Sequence record: NC_061449.1
Reading direction: 5' to 3' (one strand)
Length of the DNA: 64,000 nt
Below are positions 8,851 to 17,505 of this stretch, one piece after another. Within the stretch, counting starts at the first letter, position 1. Each line of letters opens with the position of its first letter. Below the pieces are notes generated by a model. The model worked only from the letters and a program-made list of their open reading frames with translations, searched no databases and was not told the origin of the DNA. The position numbers were made by a program, and so were the translations under genes.

Positions 8851-8923
8851 GAATAATCTTAGCCCGCTATCTAATTTCTATATGTTGGCAAGTAGTGCTG
8901 ACGTATCGTTATTGGAGAATAAC

Positions 8924-9184
8924 ATGTGCGGACGTAGCCTTCTACGGTTGAAGTACAACGCACGGTCCTCGAACTGGTGCAATAATAAAGTAAACGCTTG
9001 TAGTGAGCGGAAGGCGAAGAATGTCCAGTGCGAACAATTCTTGGAAGCAACCAAAGATTGTCGCTCAGAGCAGAAGTCGTCAAGTGTAGTCTCTTTCTTC
9101 CGAGGCCATGAGCTAGTAGGTCAGGCGATATGGCATGAGATTGAGGGGGACAGCACACTTCAATTCCGGTTGCTGCTTGCTTAA
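8924..9184 (+). CDS. Small Cys-rich hypothetical protein (start moved to ATG 8924)
   Basis: GGAG RBS before ATG 8924; FFRGHE motif shared with the next gene. Confidence 0.5.
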   Translation: MCGRSLLRLKYNARSSNWCNNKVNACSERKAKNVQCEQFLEATKDCRSEQKSSSVVSFFRGHELVGQAIWHEIEGDSTLQFRLLLA

Positions 9185-9188
9185 CGAT

Positions 9189-9226
9189 AAAAGGGCTTTC
9201 AGAGATGATCTGATGGCCCTTTTCTT
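9189..9226 (+). terminator. Terminator-like hairpin
   Basis: AAAGGGC..TCAGA/TCTGA..GGCCCTTTT. Confidence 0.6.
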
Positions 9227-9282
9227 ATTCTAACGCTAATTTTCACCTGTCAATACACACAAACCGAACTCGGGGTACTCAT

Positions 9283-10923
9283 ATGTCTTTGGTTAAAATT
9301 CAAGGCGTACCATCAACTTCTGCTCCGTCTAAAGCGCAGAAAGATGCCGCCGTATATATGTTTGGCTCTAAGGGCCATTCAATTGTCGCAGTGCTCGACA
9401 AATTCAGTCGTGCAAAAGAGCTGCGTACCGCACACCTTGACGGTCTGCTCAAGCTGATGAAAGATGGTGAAGATGACGAGATCATCAAATTCACCGCATC
9501 TGCTTTGGGTAAGAAAACCCTCGCTGCTGCTAAAGCGTTTGCTGTTGCGAAAACACTGACAGCATCTATCAAAGCGTTGAAGCTGATTCGCGTTCCTGTT
9601 AAGTGGATCGACGGTCACTCTGATGTTGCGGCTGCTCGCGCACAAGAAACCAAAGAGATTCGCGCACGTCGTACTGCGGGCAACAAACCTGAGAAGCCGA
9701 TTAAGCTCGATAACCCTGGCGCACCTGAAGCTACTACTGTAGACAACAAAGTGATCGACGCTAAGAAGGGTTCAGCGACGCCAGCCACAGATGAAGTGAG
9801 TGTAATTTCAAGCATTTCATACAACAAATCTATCGGCGTTAACTCTATTGTAATTCGCCGCTTCTTCCGTGGTCATGAAGTCACAAGCTCTTTGATGTTC
9901 AGAAAAGGTGTCGGTGCACAAGCGACTCAACTCGGACTGTCCTCTCACGGTAACGGTCATGAGCAAGGTGCTGGTTTACTGGTCGAAGCGTTCAAAGCAA
10001 CTGGTGTCAAGCCTGTTTGGTATTTGGCTGATGCTGGCGATGCTGCGTTCGATTTGGGTTCTGCTGCAAACGTGGCGAAAGTGTTTAAGTGGCTGCGAGC
10101 ACGAAAAGTCGGTATGACCTTTGACGCAAAAGCGAAACTGCCTAAGTCTGGCAAAGTTCCTGCAGGTGCCTCTCGAATTGTTCGAAACGCTATCGGTAAA
10201 CAGAAGCCAGCAACGGCGGACGAAATCAGCAAAATGACCTTTGAATTTGTTAAGAGCAAAAACACAGGCAAAGATTCTGTAGAGCTGAGTTTCAAACAAC
10301 CTTCGAACGGTCATGAGTGGTCATTGAACCTGTCACGTCAAGGCGATTCTATTGCGAGCGAACACGACGGTACCTCTGGCTATCAGACCGCAGAATCATT
10401 CCTGCAACGCGGCGTCACTGCTATCGGTGGTACCCTTGTTTGGGAACATCAACAATCAGGCAGTGCGAGCTTCAAATTCGCAAGTGAAGATCAGGCCAAA
10501 CAGTTTATTGCCTGGGCCAAGAAACAGAAAGCCCAAACAATCAACTTTAAGACTGAACCAAAACTCACAGTTGCTAAGAGCGCAGGATATACGCCGTCAG
10601 GTAAATCGGACGTGACGCTGGTGGATGAACTGGCAGAAGTGACCGCACGTAAGATCGCTGCGAAGCCGCTACAGGCGCGTGAGGAATATTTCAATGCGCT
10701 GCGTAATACTTTGCATTCTAACCTGCGTAACTCTGTGGTCAACACAACGTCCGACGGTGTTACCGTTGCACTTGGTAGCAAGCTGTACACGATCCGCCTG
10801 TCAGATAACGCGTGGACTATTCAGACTGGCGCTACTGGTAAGCAGAAAAAAGTCGGTGCAACGTTCGATATCGTTGACCTGCTGGGCATGATGGACAAGA
10901 GCATTCTGCGTCCTAAAGCATAA
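9283..10923 (+). CDS. Lys/Ala-rich hypothetical protein with two tandem ~100-aa domains
   Basis: 546-aa ORF with highly expressed-type codons; internal repeat GHE...PVW/LVW...KWLRARK/AWAKKQK. Confidence 0.8.
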   Translation: MSLVKIQGVPSTSAPSKAQKDAAVYMFGSKGHSIVAVLDKFSRAKELRTAHLDGLLKLMKDGEDDEIIKFTASALGKKTLAAAKAFAVAKTLTASIKALKLIRVPVKWIDGHSDVAAARAQETKEIRARRTAGNKPEKPIKLDNPGAPEATTVDNKVIDAKKGSATPATDEVSVISSISYNKSIGVNSIVIRRFFRGHEVTSSLMFRKGVGAQATQLGLSSHGNGHEQGAGLLVEAFKATGVKPVWYLADAGDAAFDLGSAANVAKVFKWLRARKVGMTFDAKAKLPKSGKVPAGASRIVRNAIGKQKPATADEISKMTFEFVKSKNTGKDSVELSFKQPSNGHEWSLNLSRQGDSIASEHDGTSGYQTAESFLQRGVTAIGGTLVWEHQQSGSASFKFASEDQAKQFIAWAKKQKAQTINFKTEPKLTVAKSAGYTPSGKSDVTLVDELAEVTARKIAAKPLQAREEYFNALRNTLHSNLRNSVVNTTSDGVTVALGSKLYTIRLSDNAWTIQTGATGKQKKVGATFDIVDLLGMMDKSILRPKA

Positions 10924-10925
10924 TC

Positions 10926-10954
10926 AAAAGGGGTAGCTTCGGCTGCCCCTTTTT
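10926..10954. terminator. Bidirectional intrinsic terminator
   Basis: AAAAGGGGTAGC-TTCG-GCTGCCCCTTTTT. Confidence 0.9.
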
Positions 10955-10975
10955 ACGTCTAAATGCCATAAAAAT

Positions 10976-11005
10976 GACTTAACTCAAATCGAGACTTAAC
11001 TCAAA
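10976..11005 (+). repeat. 13-bp direct repeat, period 17
   Basis: GACTTAACTCAAA at 10976 and 10993. Confidence 0.8.
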
Positions 11006-11033
11006 CTCAGACGCCCTACGATCTGCGAAGTAT

Positions 11034-11087
11034 GCAAATAACTGGACAAAATAGCTCTATACACGCATACGCGCCCTATGATACACT
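11034..11087 (+). promoter_or_regulatory. Early-type promoter family copy 1
   Basis: GCA-AATAAC-TGGACAAAAT ... TATGA-TACACT. Confidence 0.8.
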
Positions 11088-11140
11088 ATATGCAGACGCT
11101 ACATGTCGTAGCGCATACAACTCATGCTAAGGGGCATACA

Positions 11141-11839
11141 ATGAAAGCAGCAGATTTTGACAAAGCATTCAACGCGAAAGACGAAGCAACCTTAAACGCA
11201 TACGCCGACAAAATTGTTGCGGCGCTTAACGCTCTCGGTCGATATGACCTGAAACTTCAAATCATCTTCGGTACCGACCCGTACGGCGAGTGTCCTGATT
11301 TTGTGAATGACCCGAACGGTCTGCGTGTCGTTCAGAACGGCGAAGAAATTTTCGATATCTACACGCCGACTGAAAAACAAGTTGAAGGCGATTCGTCAGA
11401 TGTTTTCGTCTACGCTTCATTCTCTGGTGTTGAGGCCTCAAAGTGGGGCAAAGATGTTTCTGACAATGACGTGGCCGAAATCGCCGCTGACCTGAACGAA
11501 GAAATCGAACGTGTTGGCCGCGTGTTTAGTGAATCTGATCGCCCGATGTTGCAGCAAATCGCCGACGACCTGAACGCGAAAATGAAACGTACCGATGCCC
11601 GTGTGATTGTTACAGACGGCGCCGAAGATAATCTGATACTTATGGTTGTAGGTTATGAAGACGGTGAAGTCGGTGACGAGTTTGGTTTCTTCTTAGACCT
11701 GCCGTATACAGATGACGCAGGCGAAGACGAGAATTACGTTCTGCACTATGCCGGTTACCCTGATATGAACGACTACACGTTCCGCACTGTTGACATCGGC
11801 CAGCTTTCTGCTGCAATCGAAGAACTCGACCTGCTGTAA
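11141..11839 (+). CDS. Acidic hypothetical protein with internal duplication (start moved to ATG 11141)
   Basis: AAGGGG RBS; the earlier start overlaps the promoter; D/E-rich. Confidence 0.75.
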   Translation: MKAADFDKAFNAKDEATLNAYADKIVAALNALGRYDLKLQIIFGTDPYGECPDFVNDPNGLRVVQNGEEIFDIYTPTEKQVEGDSSDVFVYASFSGVEASKWGKDVSDNDVAEIAADLNEEIERVGRVFSESDRPMLQQIADDLNAKMKRTDARVIVTDGAEDNLILMVVGYEDGEVGDEFGFFLDLPYTDDAGEDENYVLHYAGYPDMNDYTFRTVDIGQLSAAIEELDLL

Positions 11840-11904
11840 TCGCTAACTAACATTAACTGCGGGGTTACGGCCCCGTCTACTTACTTCTATAGAGAGACAC
11901 GACC

Positions 11905-12525
11905 ATGACTATGCACATCACTACTTTCTTCGTAAAACGCTCTTACGCATCTCTGGCTGCTGGTTCATTCACTATCGCTTCTAAGCAAGTGCAAGAGCTT
12001 GTAGAGTCTGAGGTATTCATTGTGTATGCTAACACAGGCTTAGGTAACGCCTTCGCTTTACGCAACATCACTCTGACGCCTGTTGATGAAGCAAACGTGC
12101 GTGTTGAGTTCGACCCGCTGACCGACGTTCACGCAATGCCACCGTCAGTGTTGCCGAAAGACGTATTGACCGAAAGCACGCAGCAATACTATATGATGCC
12201 TGATGATGTTGCTCAGGCCCCTCGCTTCTGCGTATCTAATCACGCATCTGGCAACGAACCTAACATGTTGTGCTTGAACCATGACGTGCGCGAGCGCCTG
12301 ATTCAATATAAAGGCGGCATGATCAGTCTGACAGAGTTGGTGCTTGTGTTACATGATCAAGCTATTTCAGTGACTGACATTCACCAGCACCGCCGCAACA
12401 AAGAGAAGTATGTGGCGCAAATCACTGAACGCACCTCACATGTTATCGAACTGTCGAAAGACAATGGTGTTAAGCAGCACGACACAGACTTCCCGTTGCT
12501 TGCTCGCCTGAACGTGTATCTGTAA
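11905..12525 (+). CDS. Hypothetical protein
   Basis: 206-aa ORF, GAGAG RBS. Confidence 0.7.
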   Translation: MTMHITTFFVKRSYASLAAGSFTIASKQVQELVESEVFIVYANTGLGNAFALRNITLTPVDEANVRVEFDPLTDVHAMPPSVLPKDVLTESTQQYYMMPDDVAQAPRFCVSNHASGNEPNMLCLNHDVRERLIQYKGGMISLTELVLVLHDQAISVTDIHQHRRNKEKYVAQITERTSHVIELSKDNGVKQHDTDFPLLARLNVYL

Positions 12526-12586
12526 ACAAACATCAGCGCCTTCTGACTGAGGGCGCATTCTCAAATTTGCTTCAAGGGGAAGCGCT

Positions 12587-13063
12587 ATGAGTAACAAACT
12601 TTTCGGCAATACACGTTATTTGATTATTACGGACAAAGAATTGCAGGCCGGTCTTACTGTTGTCGCTTCTCCAAAAGCAGATACAGATACGATTGATGGT
12701 CTGCGTCTTATCGTCGTTTATCCAGGCACTATGGGGAAACCTGATGCTTACAGTGTGTGCGCTGTGGGGAAAGCGACGTTCACTTATTATCAACGTGTCT
12801 TGGGCGAGTATGACGAAAATCAACCTATCGATACTCACATTCATTTTAGCGATGTGCGTCAAATTGACTTGACTATGGCTCATATCGACCGCGTAAAACG
12901 CTTTCGATACGGCGTACACACGACACATGAGGTCACCGATACTGTGATTACCCGCGCTGACAGAGTTACTACTTACGAAGATCTTTTCGTGCCTGTAGGT
13001 CAGGCATTGGACGCGTTCACTACCAAACAACTGCAAGACGAACTGACTCGTCGTTGCGCATAG
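12587..13063 (+). CDS. Hypothetical protein
   Basis: AGGGGA RBS, 158 aa. Confidence 0.7.
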   Translation: MSNKLFGNTRYLIITDKELQAGLTVVASPKADTDTIDGLRLIVVYPGTMGKPDAYSVCAVGKATFTYYQRVLGEYDENQPIDTHIHFSDVRQIDLTMAHIDRVKRFRYGVHTTHEVTDTVITRADRVTTYEDLFVPVGQALDAFTTKQLQDELTRRCA

Positions 13064-13073
13064 GAGAATAAAA

Positions 13074-13171
13074 ATGAGCAACAACACTAAAGGCAAGTAC
13101 AACTGCGAAGAACTGCTGAACCTAGCCGCGAACAGTTGGTTGATGCTATTCTGACTCGACCAACTATTTAA
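13074..13171 (+). pseudogene. Possible frameshifted/collapsed paralogue of 13233..13493
   Basis: AGGAG RBS; frame 0 reads MSNNTKGKYNCEELLNLA, the -1 frame reads PSREQLVDAILTRPTI*, like PEREVLVGMIL of the next gene. Confidence 0.35.
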
Positions 13172-13232
13172 TTCCTTAATGTAAAGGCAATATGCCTCGC
13201 AATATGTGAGGCTTTTCTATTTGGAGAATGTT

Positions 13233-13493
13233 ATGGTATACGAACGCGAAGAACTCGAAGACATGCCTCTTAGTACGCTTTATCATCTGGCGTGTGCCAA
13301 AGGTCTGTTAGATGACCTCGACGATGAAGACGACGTACCAGAACGTGAGGTGCTGGTGGGAATGATTCTCGACGCGCAGAGTGAAGATGAACAGGCAGAG
13401 CAAGACGCTGCCGATAAACAACGCGCCGAAGATGATCGCGACCCGCGTATCAATCGTCGTGAAGATCAAGACGGCTCGGACGACTACTGCTAA
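13233..13493 (+). CDS. Small acidic protein with Rho-N/HeH-like module
   Basis: GGAG RBS; ELEDMPLSTLYHLACAKGL...EREVLVGMIL. Confidence 0.7.
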   Translation: MVYEREELEDMPLSTLYHLACAKGLLDDLDDEDDVPEREVLVGMILDAQSEDEQAEQDAADKQRAEDDRDPRINRREDQDGSDDYC

Positions 13494-13711
13494 TGACACC
13501 TACTGAACTCAATGAGTATCTGCATCTGGTGCTGACGCCTGTTGCTATGGCATGGCGTGAACAGTTCCCCAAGAAAAAGCAGGTGATGGCCTAGGTCAAA
13601 ACAGCTTACTCATGTCGTATCAAATTCGTCGAAGACCGTGAAGTTGAAAAAGCGTGGCAAGCATTCTGTCGCACACACGGTCTCAAGAACGAAGAAACAC
13701 TCGAAGTCTAA
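13493..13711 (+). pseudogene. 72-codon reading frame interrupted by one in-frame TAG (13592-13594)
   Basis: TAATG coupling; MTPTELNEYLHLVLTPVAMAWREQFPKKKQVMA*VKTAYSCRIKFVEDREVEKAWQAFCRTHGLKNEETLEV; ends just before a terminator. Confidence 0.55.
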
Positions 13712-13715
13712 ACTC

Positions 13716-13745
13716 AAGGGCTGCCATTGCTGGTGGCCCTTTTTC
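13716..13745 (+). terminator. Intrinsic terminator
   Basis: AAGGGCTGCCA-TTGC-TGGTGGCCCTTTTT. Confidence 0.8.
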
Positions 13746-13790
13746 ATTTCTGTAAATATCACGCACACAAACAACAATGCGAGATATACA

Positions 13791-14159
13791 ATGCGCCGCT
13801 TCGTTATCGTCTTCAACGTCACTCAGGCAGAGCTTGAGGACCGTCGCTTCTTTCAGTCTAAATTCAACATCGTTTCGTCACTGCGCCGTGCTCGCTGTGT
13901 CTTTCTCGTTGTTCGTGAAACAAAGCAGGTGCTGTGCGTTTCAGAACTGACCTATCAACCAAGTGTAGAGCCAGGCATCCGTCAGGTAGACTTCGATGCA
14001 CCGCGTGATGTGACTGCATATGTGTTGCCATTCACCGAACTCACTACAGCTATGGTCAACAACTCACAGGACCCAAGCATTCGCTACTTCGGTCGCCAGC
14101 TTGAGATGGATGCAGACCAACTCAAGCGCTTCCACACTCAACTGGAGATTGTCTCATGA
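13791..14159 (+). CDS. Hypothetical protein (start moved to ATG 13791)
   Basis: The longer ORF start runs across the terminator; coupled to the next gene by ATGA. Confidence 0.6.
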   Translation: MRRFVIVFNVTQAELEDRRFFQSKFNIVSSLRRARCVFLVVRETKQVLCVSELTYQPSVEPGIRQVDFDAPRDVTAYVLPFTELTTAMVNNSQDPSIRYFGRQLEMDADQLKRFHTQLEIVS

Positions 14160-14401
14160 CCAAACCAACACTGGGCGCTTCACTGGGCGCTCGCTTCGCC
14201 GTCACCTCGAAAGAGAACATCGAGGCACGTAAGAAAACGAACCCACGTCGAAGCACGTTAAGCGCAGCAACAACCAGAGAATTGCACAACGCTGTGAACA
14301 TGCTGGCGATCAAACTCAAGACCACACGCTCTGGTGCTATTGAACGCGCAGTGGCGGAACTATGCGACAAGCATGGCATTGACTACGGGACGCTTGAATG
14401 A
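14156..14401 (+). CDS. Ribbon-helix-helix-like DNA-binding protein
   Basis: STLSAATTRELHNAVNMLAIKLKTTRSGAIERAV fits the CopG/RHH strand-helix-helix pattern. Confidence 0.5.
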   Translation: MTKPTLGASLGARFAVTSKENIEARKKTNPRRSTLSAATTRELHNAVNMLAIKLKTTRSGAIERAVAELCDKHGIDYGTLE

Positions 14402-14760
14402 CCGACACGCATATCTACTGCAAGCTGTATGGTGTGCGGCATCGCTTAAAGATCACCGCGTACAACTTCATGAAGCAGCCTAACATGATCACTGTCGATT
14501 CGTCTGACGTGCTCAAGATGATGCCTCTGATTGATGTTGGTGCTGCATACGACACTTACACGCCGTACAACGTGCTCAAAGCAGGACGCGCTGACTTCAA
14601 GATCCGCCTGATAGAAAAGACAGACGCGAACGTTTGGCGTTATGTGTTTGAGGATTATCGTGGGCAGATGTTCGAAACGTATTTAGTTCGGAGACACTAT
14701 GAAACGCCTCGGGATTGTAACGGTGTTGTCATTAAAGGACAAACAACCCAAATCATGTGA
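14398..14760 (+). CDS. Hypothetical protein
   Basis: ATGA coupling, 120 aa. Confidence 0.65.
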   Translation: MTDTHIYCKLYGVRHRLKITAYNFMKQPNMITVDSSDVLKMMPLIDVGAAYDTYTPYNVLKAGRADFKIRLIEKTDANVWRYVFEDYRGQMFETYLVRRHYETPRDCNGVVIKGQTTQIM

Positions 14761-15334
14761 TTTAGATATCACGCCTGTATCGAAAGACGAAGAATGGGGC
14801 TCGCTGAGTCCCTTTCACTTAGGTCCGTGTCGTACACCAGACGGCACGATGTTTCTCAACATGGAGAATCTGTGGCAGTACAGCAAGGTCTACGAAGAAC
14901 ACCTCATTAACTCGAATGACCTGTTCCATGGTGAGATCTCCTCAGATTGGTGGGCGTGGCATTTAAAAGGCAGCACAACAAAACAGGCGCATCGCTATCC
15001 TATGGGAAAAGGCCAAAAGGCTTTGTTCTCCAGATGGGGCGACTTGCGCCTTTCGTACATTCCCGCACGAAAACAAATCTATGTGCCGGAGTACACAAAG
15101 CTGGTGGTGCAGCAACCGAAGTTCAAGCGCCTGTTGAAAGAATATAAGAAAGGTGCTCACATAGTTTTACGCGACTATGACACCTACGATATTCAGAAAG
15201 CCTATCCTGAATCGCGTAGTCCTTGGCTTTCCGCCATTCAAAACGACAATGCAAAATTCGGACACGCGTTCGTTATCGCATTGGCCCTGTTATTCCACGA
15301 ACGACCACTCTGGTATAATCAATGGACAATCTAA
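14699..15334 (+). CDS. DUF6939-like (NADAR-related fold?) protein
   Basis: DITPVS..LSPF..GP..ENLWQYSKVY..ARKQIYVPEY pattern recalled from this family. Confidence 0.5.
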   Translation: MKRLGIVTVLSLKDKQPKSCDLDITPVSKDEEWGSLSPFHLGPCRTPDGTMFLNMENLWQYSKVYEEHLINSNDLFHGEISSDWWAWHLKGSTTKQAHRYPMGKGQKALFSRWGDLRLSYIPARKQIYVPEYTKLVVQQPKFKRLLKEYKKGAHIVLRDYDTYDIQKAYPESRSPWLSAIQNDNAKFGHAFVIALALLFHERPLWYNQWTI

Positions 15335-15639
15335 AGTATCTGGCCTGTATCGAACTGAGCACAAGGGAAGGTAATCTGAATCTGCCTATCTTGCCTAAAT
15401 GTGATATGCAGGCGTTTCTGCTTGATAGCCGTACTAAAACGAAAGTGCCTATCAAGCTCAATGCCACAAATGTGGTCAAAGTCTGCAACAAGACGTGCGG
15501 TAGCCTACAGTGGTTCGACTGCGTTAATCTGCTTATTTGGTCTTCTTTCGAGCCTGAAAGATTTACGATGTATATTGAGCGCGTACTCAAAACAGACGAG
15601 ACTACAGAAGCCCTGCAATCTGCTGAACTCTGCAAATAA
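15322..15639 (+). CDS. Hypothetical protein
   Basis: 105-aa ORF overlapping the previous stop. Confidence 0.55.
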   Translation: MDNLKYLACIELSTREGNLNLPILPKCDMQAFLLDSRTKTKVPIKLNATNVVKVCNKTCGSLQWFDCVNLLIWSSFEPERFTMYIERVLKTDETTEALQSAELCK

Positions 15640-15685
15640 CTGGCTAAAATAGCCGTTTCATTCAGAGACTGACCTATGTTATAAT
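15632..15685 (+). promoter_or_regulatory. Early-type promoter family copy 2
   Basis: GCA-AATAAC-TGGCTAAAAT ... TATGT-TATAAT. Confidence 0.8.
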
Positions 15686-15731
15686 AAACGTGAGCGCAGT
15701 GCTCATTACAACACAAGCTGAGGAGCTTATT

Positions 15732-16178
15732 ATGACTATTTCAATCGCTGATCTGAAAACGCCTGCTGACTTTACTGCTAAACTGACTTTCGGTCACATG
15801 GAAGAATTGAGGGCGAATCTCGAACGCGCCTTGAATCGTCCTGACCTTGAAGTGTATGTTGAGTGTGACTCAAACTATACCATCGAAGAAGCGAACACTG
15901 ACGGTCCTGACCAACTGGTTGCTGGTCATGATTACATAAACGTTCACGTTCGCTATTCAGGTATGTCATTCGACGAGACTACTGAGAAAGGTGTGTGGGA
16001 TATTCTGCTGCATACACCACATGAAGATAACGATGTGGGTGAATGGTCGAACTCGTACACAATGCTTATCATGGACGATAACATGGACCTTCTCGAAGAA
16101 GTGAACGTAGAAAATGGCAACCCGCGCATGTACGAAACTTTCGTAGATCGTCTGAACTACTGGTTACCTAAACTGTAA
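15732..16178 (+). CDS. Acidic hypothetical protein (start ATG 15732)
   Basis: AAGCTGAGGAGCTT RBS block. Confidence 0.75.
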   Translation: MTISIADLKTPADFTAKLTFGHMEELRANLERALNRPDLEVYVECDSNYTIEEANTDGPDQLVAGHDYINVHVRYSGMSFDETTEKGVWDILLHTPHEDNDVGEWSNSYTMLIMDDNMDLLEEVNVENGNPRMYETFVDRLNYWLPKL

Positions 16179-16180
16179 GT

Positions 16181-16249
16181 GATTTGTGTAGAGCATTCGC
16201 TGAGTGCTCTATGAAAATCCAAACAACCTAAGCTGAGGAGCTTAACATG
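16181..16249 (+). repeat. Intergenic cassette repeat A (hairpin + AAGCTGAGGAGCTTAACATG)
   Basis: GATTTGTG-TAGAGCATTCGCTGAGTGCTCTA-TGAAAATC...TAAGCTGAGGAGCTTAACATG. Confidence 0.85.
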
Positions 16250-16564
16250 TCATCATCTACTACTCTGACTTTCATCTTCCCAGAAATGACTACTCTGGAA
16301 GTTTCTATCGGTAACGGCATTGTTCCTGCGTATCTGGGTCTCGCCGAAAACAGAGACATAACATTCAGCGATGTTAAAGCGCTGCGTCTTATGGGTGACT
16401 CTAACATCGTGGGTGCAATGAGCCGCTTTGATCAGTCACTGCTTAACATGCTGATCGCTCGCCACGAAACGCATGAGCATATTCGTTGTCGTGACGCGAT
16501 TGAAAATGGCACTGAGCATTTCCCATCTACTTGTCTGTACCTGAAAGTAGCGCACCACCGCTAA
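16247..16564 (+). CDS. Hypothetical protein
   Basis: Starts at the cassette ATG. Confidence 0.75.
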   Translation: MSSSTTLTFIFPEMTTLEVSIGNGIVPAYLGLAENRDITFSDVKALRLMGDSNIVGAMSRFDQSLLNMLIARHETHEHIRCRDAIENGTEHFPSTCLYLKVAHHR

Positions 16565-16630
16565 GATTTGTGAAGGGCATTCGCTGAGTGCCCTTTGAAA
16601 ATCAAACCATAAGCTGAGGAGCTTAACATG
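16565..16630 (+). repeat. Intergenic cassette repeat B
   Basis: GATTTGTG-AAGGGCATTCGCTGAGTGCCCTT-TGAAAATC...TAAGCTGAGGAGCTTAACATG; compensatory stem changes relative to A. Confidence 0.85.
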
Positions 16631-16981
16631 CCAGCAACTGAACTGCCTATCGACGCCCGCGCTTTTGACGACCTGAGCAACAACGCTTTCTTGCAAGTAT
16701 GCAACGCGATCTCTTTCTGTGTATCGCGTGGTGATCTTGAGTTTCGTCATCACATTAAAGGCCGTCACATCGACGTTGCTTATCGTGCTGGTGGCAACAA
16801 CACATTCGGTATTAGCACTGTGCGTATACTGATGCCGTCCGAAGTTCTGCGTGAAGATATCGTAGAAGACTTCGAAATCATACACGGCGATGCAGTGATT
16901 CAGATTGAACGCCAGAAAGATTCGTTCTCAACGTTACAGCGTATCGCTGGTGCAGTCGAAGCGTGTATGCCTAAACGGTGA
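16628..16981 (+). CDS. Hypothetical protein
   Basis: Starts at the cassette ATG. Confidence 0.75.
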   Translation: MPATELPIDARAFDDLSNNAFLQVCNAISFCVSRGDLEFRHHIKGRHIDVAYRAGGNNTFGISTVRILMPSEVLREDIVEDFEIIHGDAVIQIERQKDSFSTLQRIAGAVEACMPKR

Positions 16982-17048
16982 TTGTTGCTCGCAGGTTCTT
17001 ACGAGAGCCTGCTGTCAACATAACCCATAAGCTGAGGAGCTTAACATG
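16980..17048 (+). repeat. Intergenic cassette repeat C
   Basis: GATTGTT..GCAGGTTCT-TACG-AGAGCCTGC...CCATAAGCTGAGGAGCTTAACATG. Confidence 0.75.
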
Positions 17049-17450
17049 AAACAATATCCACAACGCGGCCGAGTGTACACGCTGAAAGAAATCGAGAATG
17101 AACTCGAACTGCGTGACAGCCCGTTCTTAGGCTTCACCCCGCAGAAAGTTCGTTACGTTGCACTCTCCGCGACCGAGCAAGTGATTCAGCAGTCGCATAT
17201 TGCTAACCTCTCAGATCTTGAGGGTTGGGCCGATACTGAGTGGACGTATCTGTATGAGACAGACGAGTGGATTCCAATCTTCCGTGCTGTCGATAACGCA
17301 GCAATCGAAGCGCTGTGTGTCATTGAACCTGACACGTATGAACATCGTTCTGATACAACAATGTTCGTCTACCCTAAAGGCACTGAGTGCAAACAGTACG
17401 TGCCTTTCGATGAAGCAGTTCACGGCGATCTGCTTGAACGCGACAAATAA
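17046..17450 (+). CDS. Hypothetical protein
   Basis: Starts at the cassette ATG. Confidence 0.75.
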   Translation: MKQYPQRGRVYTLKEIENELELRDSPFLGFTPQKVRYVALSATEQVIQQSHIANLSDLEGWADTEWTYLYETDEWIPIFRAVDNAAIEALCVIEPDTYEHRSDTTMFVYPKGTECKQYVPFDEAVHGDLLERDK

Positions 17451-17505
17451 CAACAAGGGATGCTCACATAGGTGGGTGTCCCATTCTACATTTAAGGGGA
17501 AAATC

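Noticed and set aside
13592-13594. Genome-wide TAG recoding (code 15)
   Set aside because: Several genes end cleanly at TAG (725, 13063, 23449, 33439, 33812, 63992) and long genes are not fragmented
16181-17048. CRISPR array or integron attC sites
   Set aside because: Repeats are separated by whole genes of 300-400 bp, contain an RBS+ATG, lack attC R/L boxes, and no cas or integrase gene is in the window
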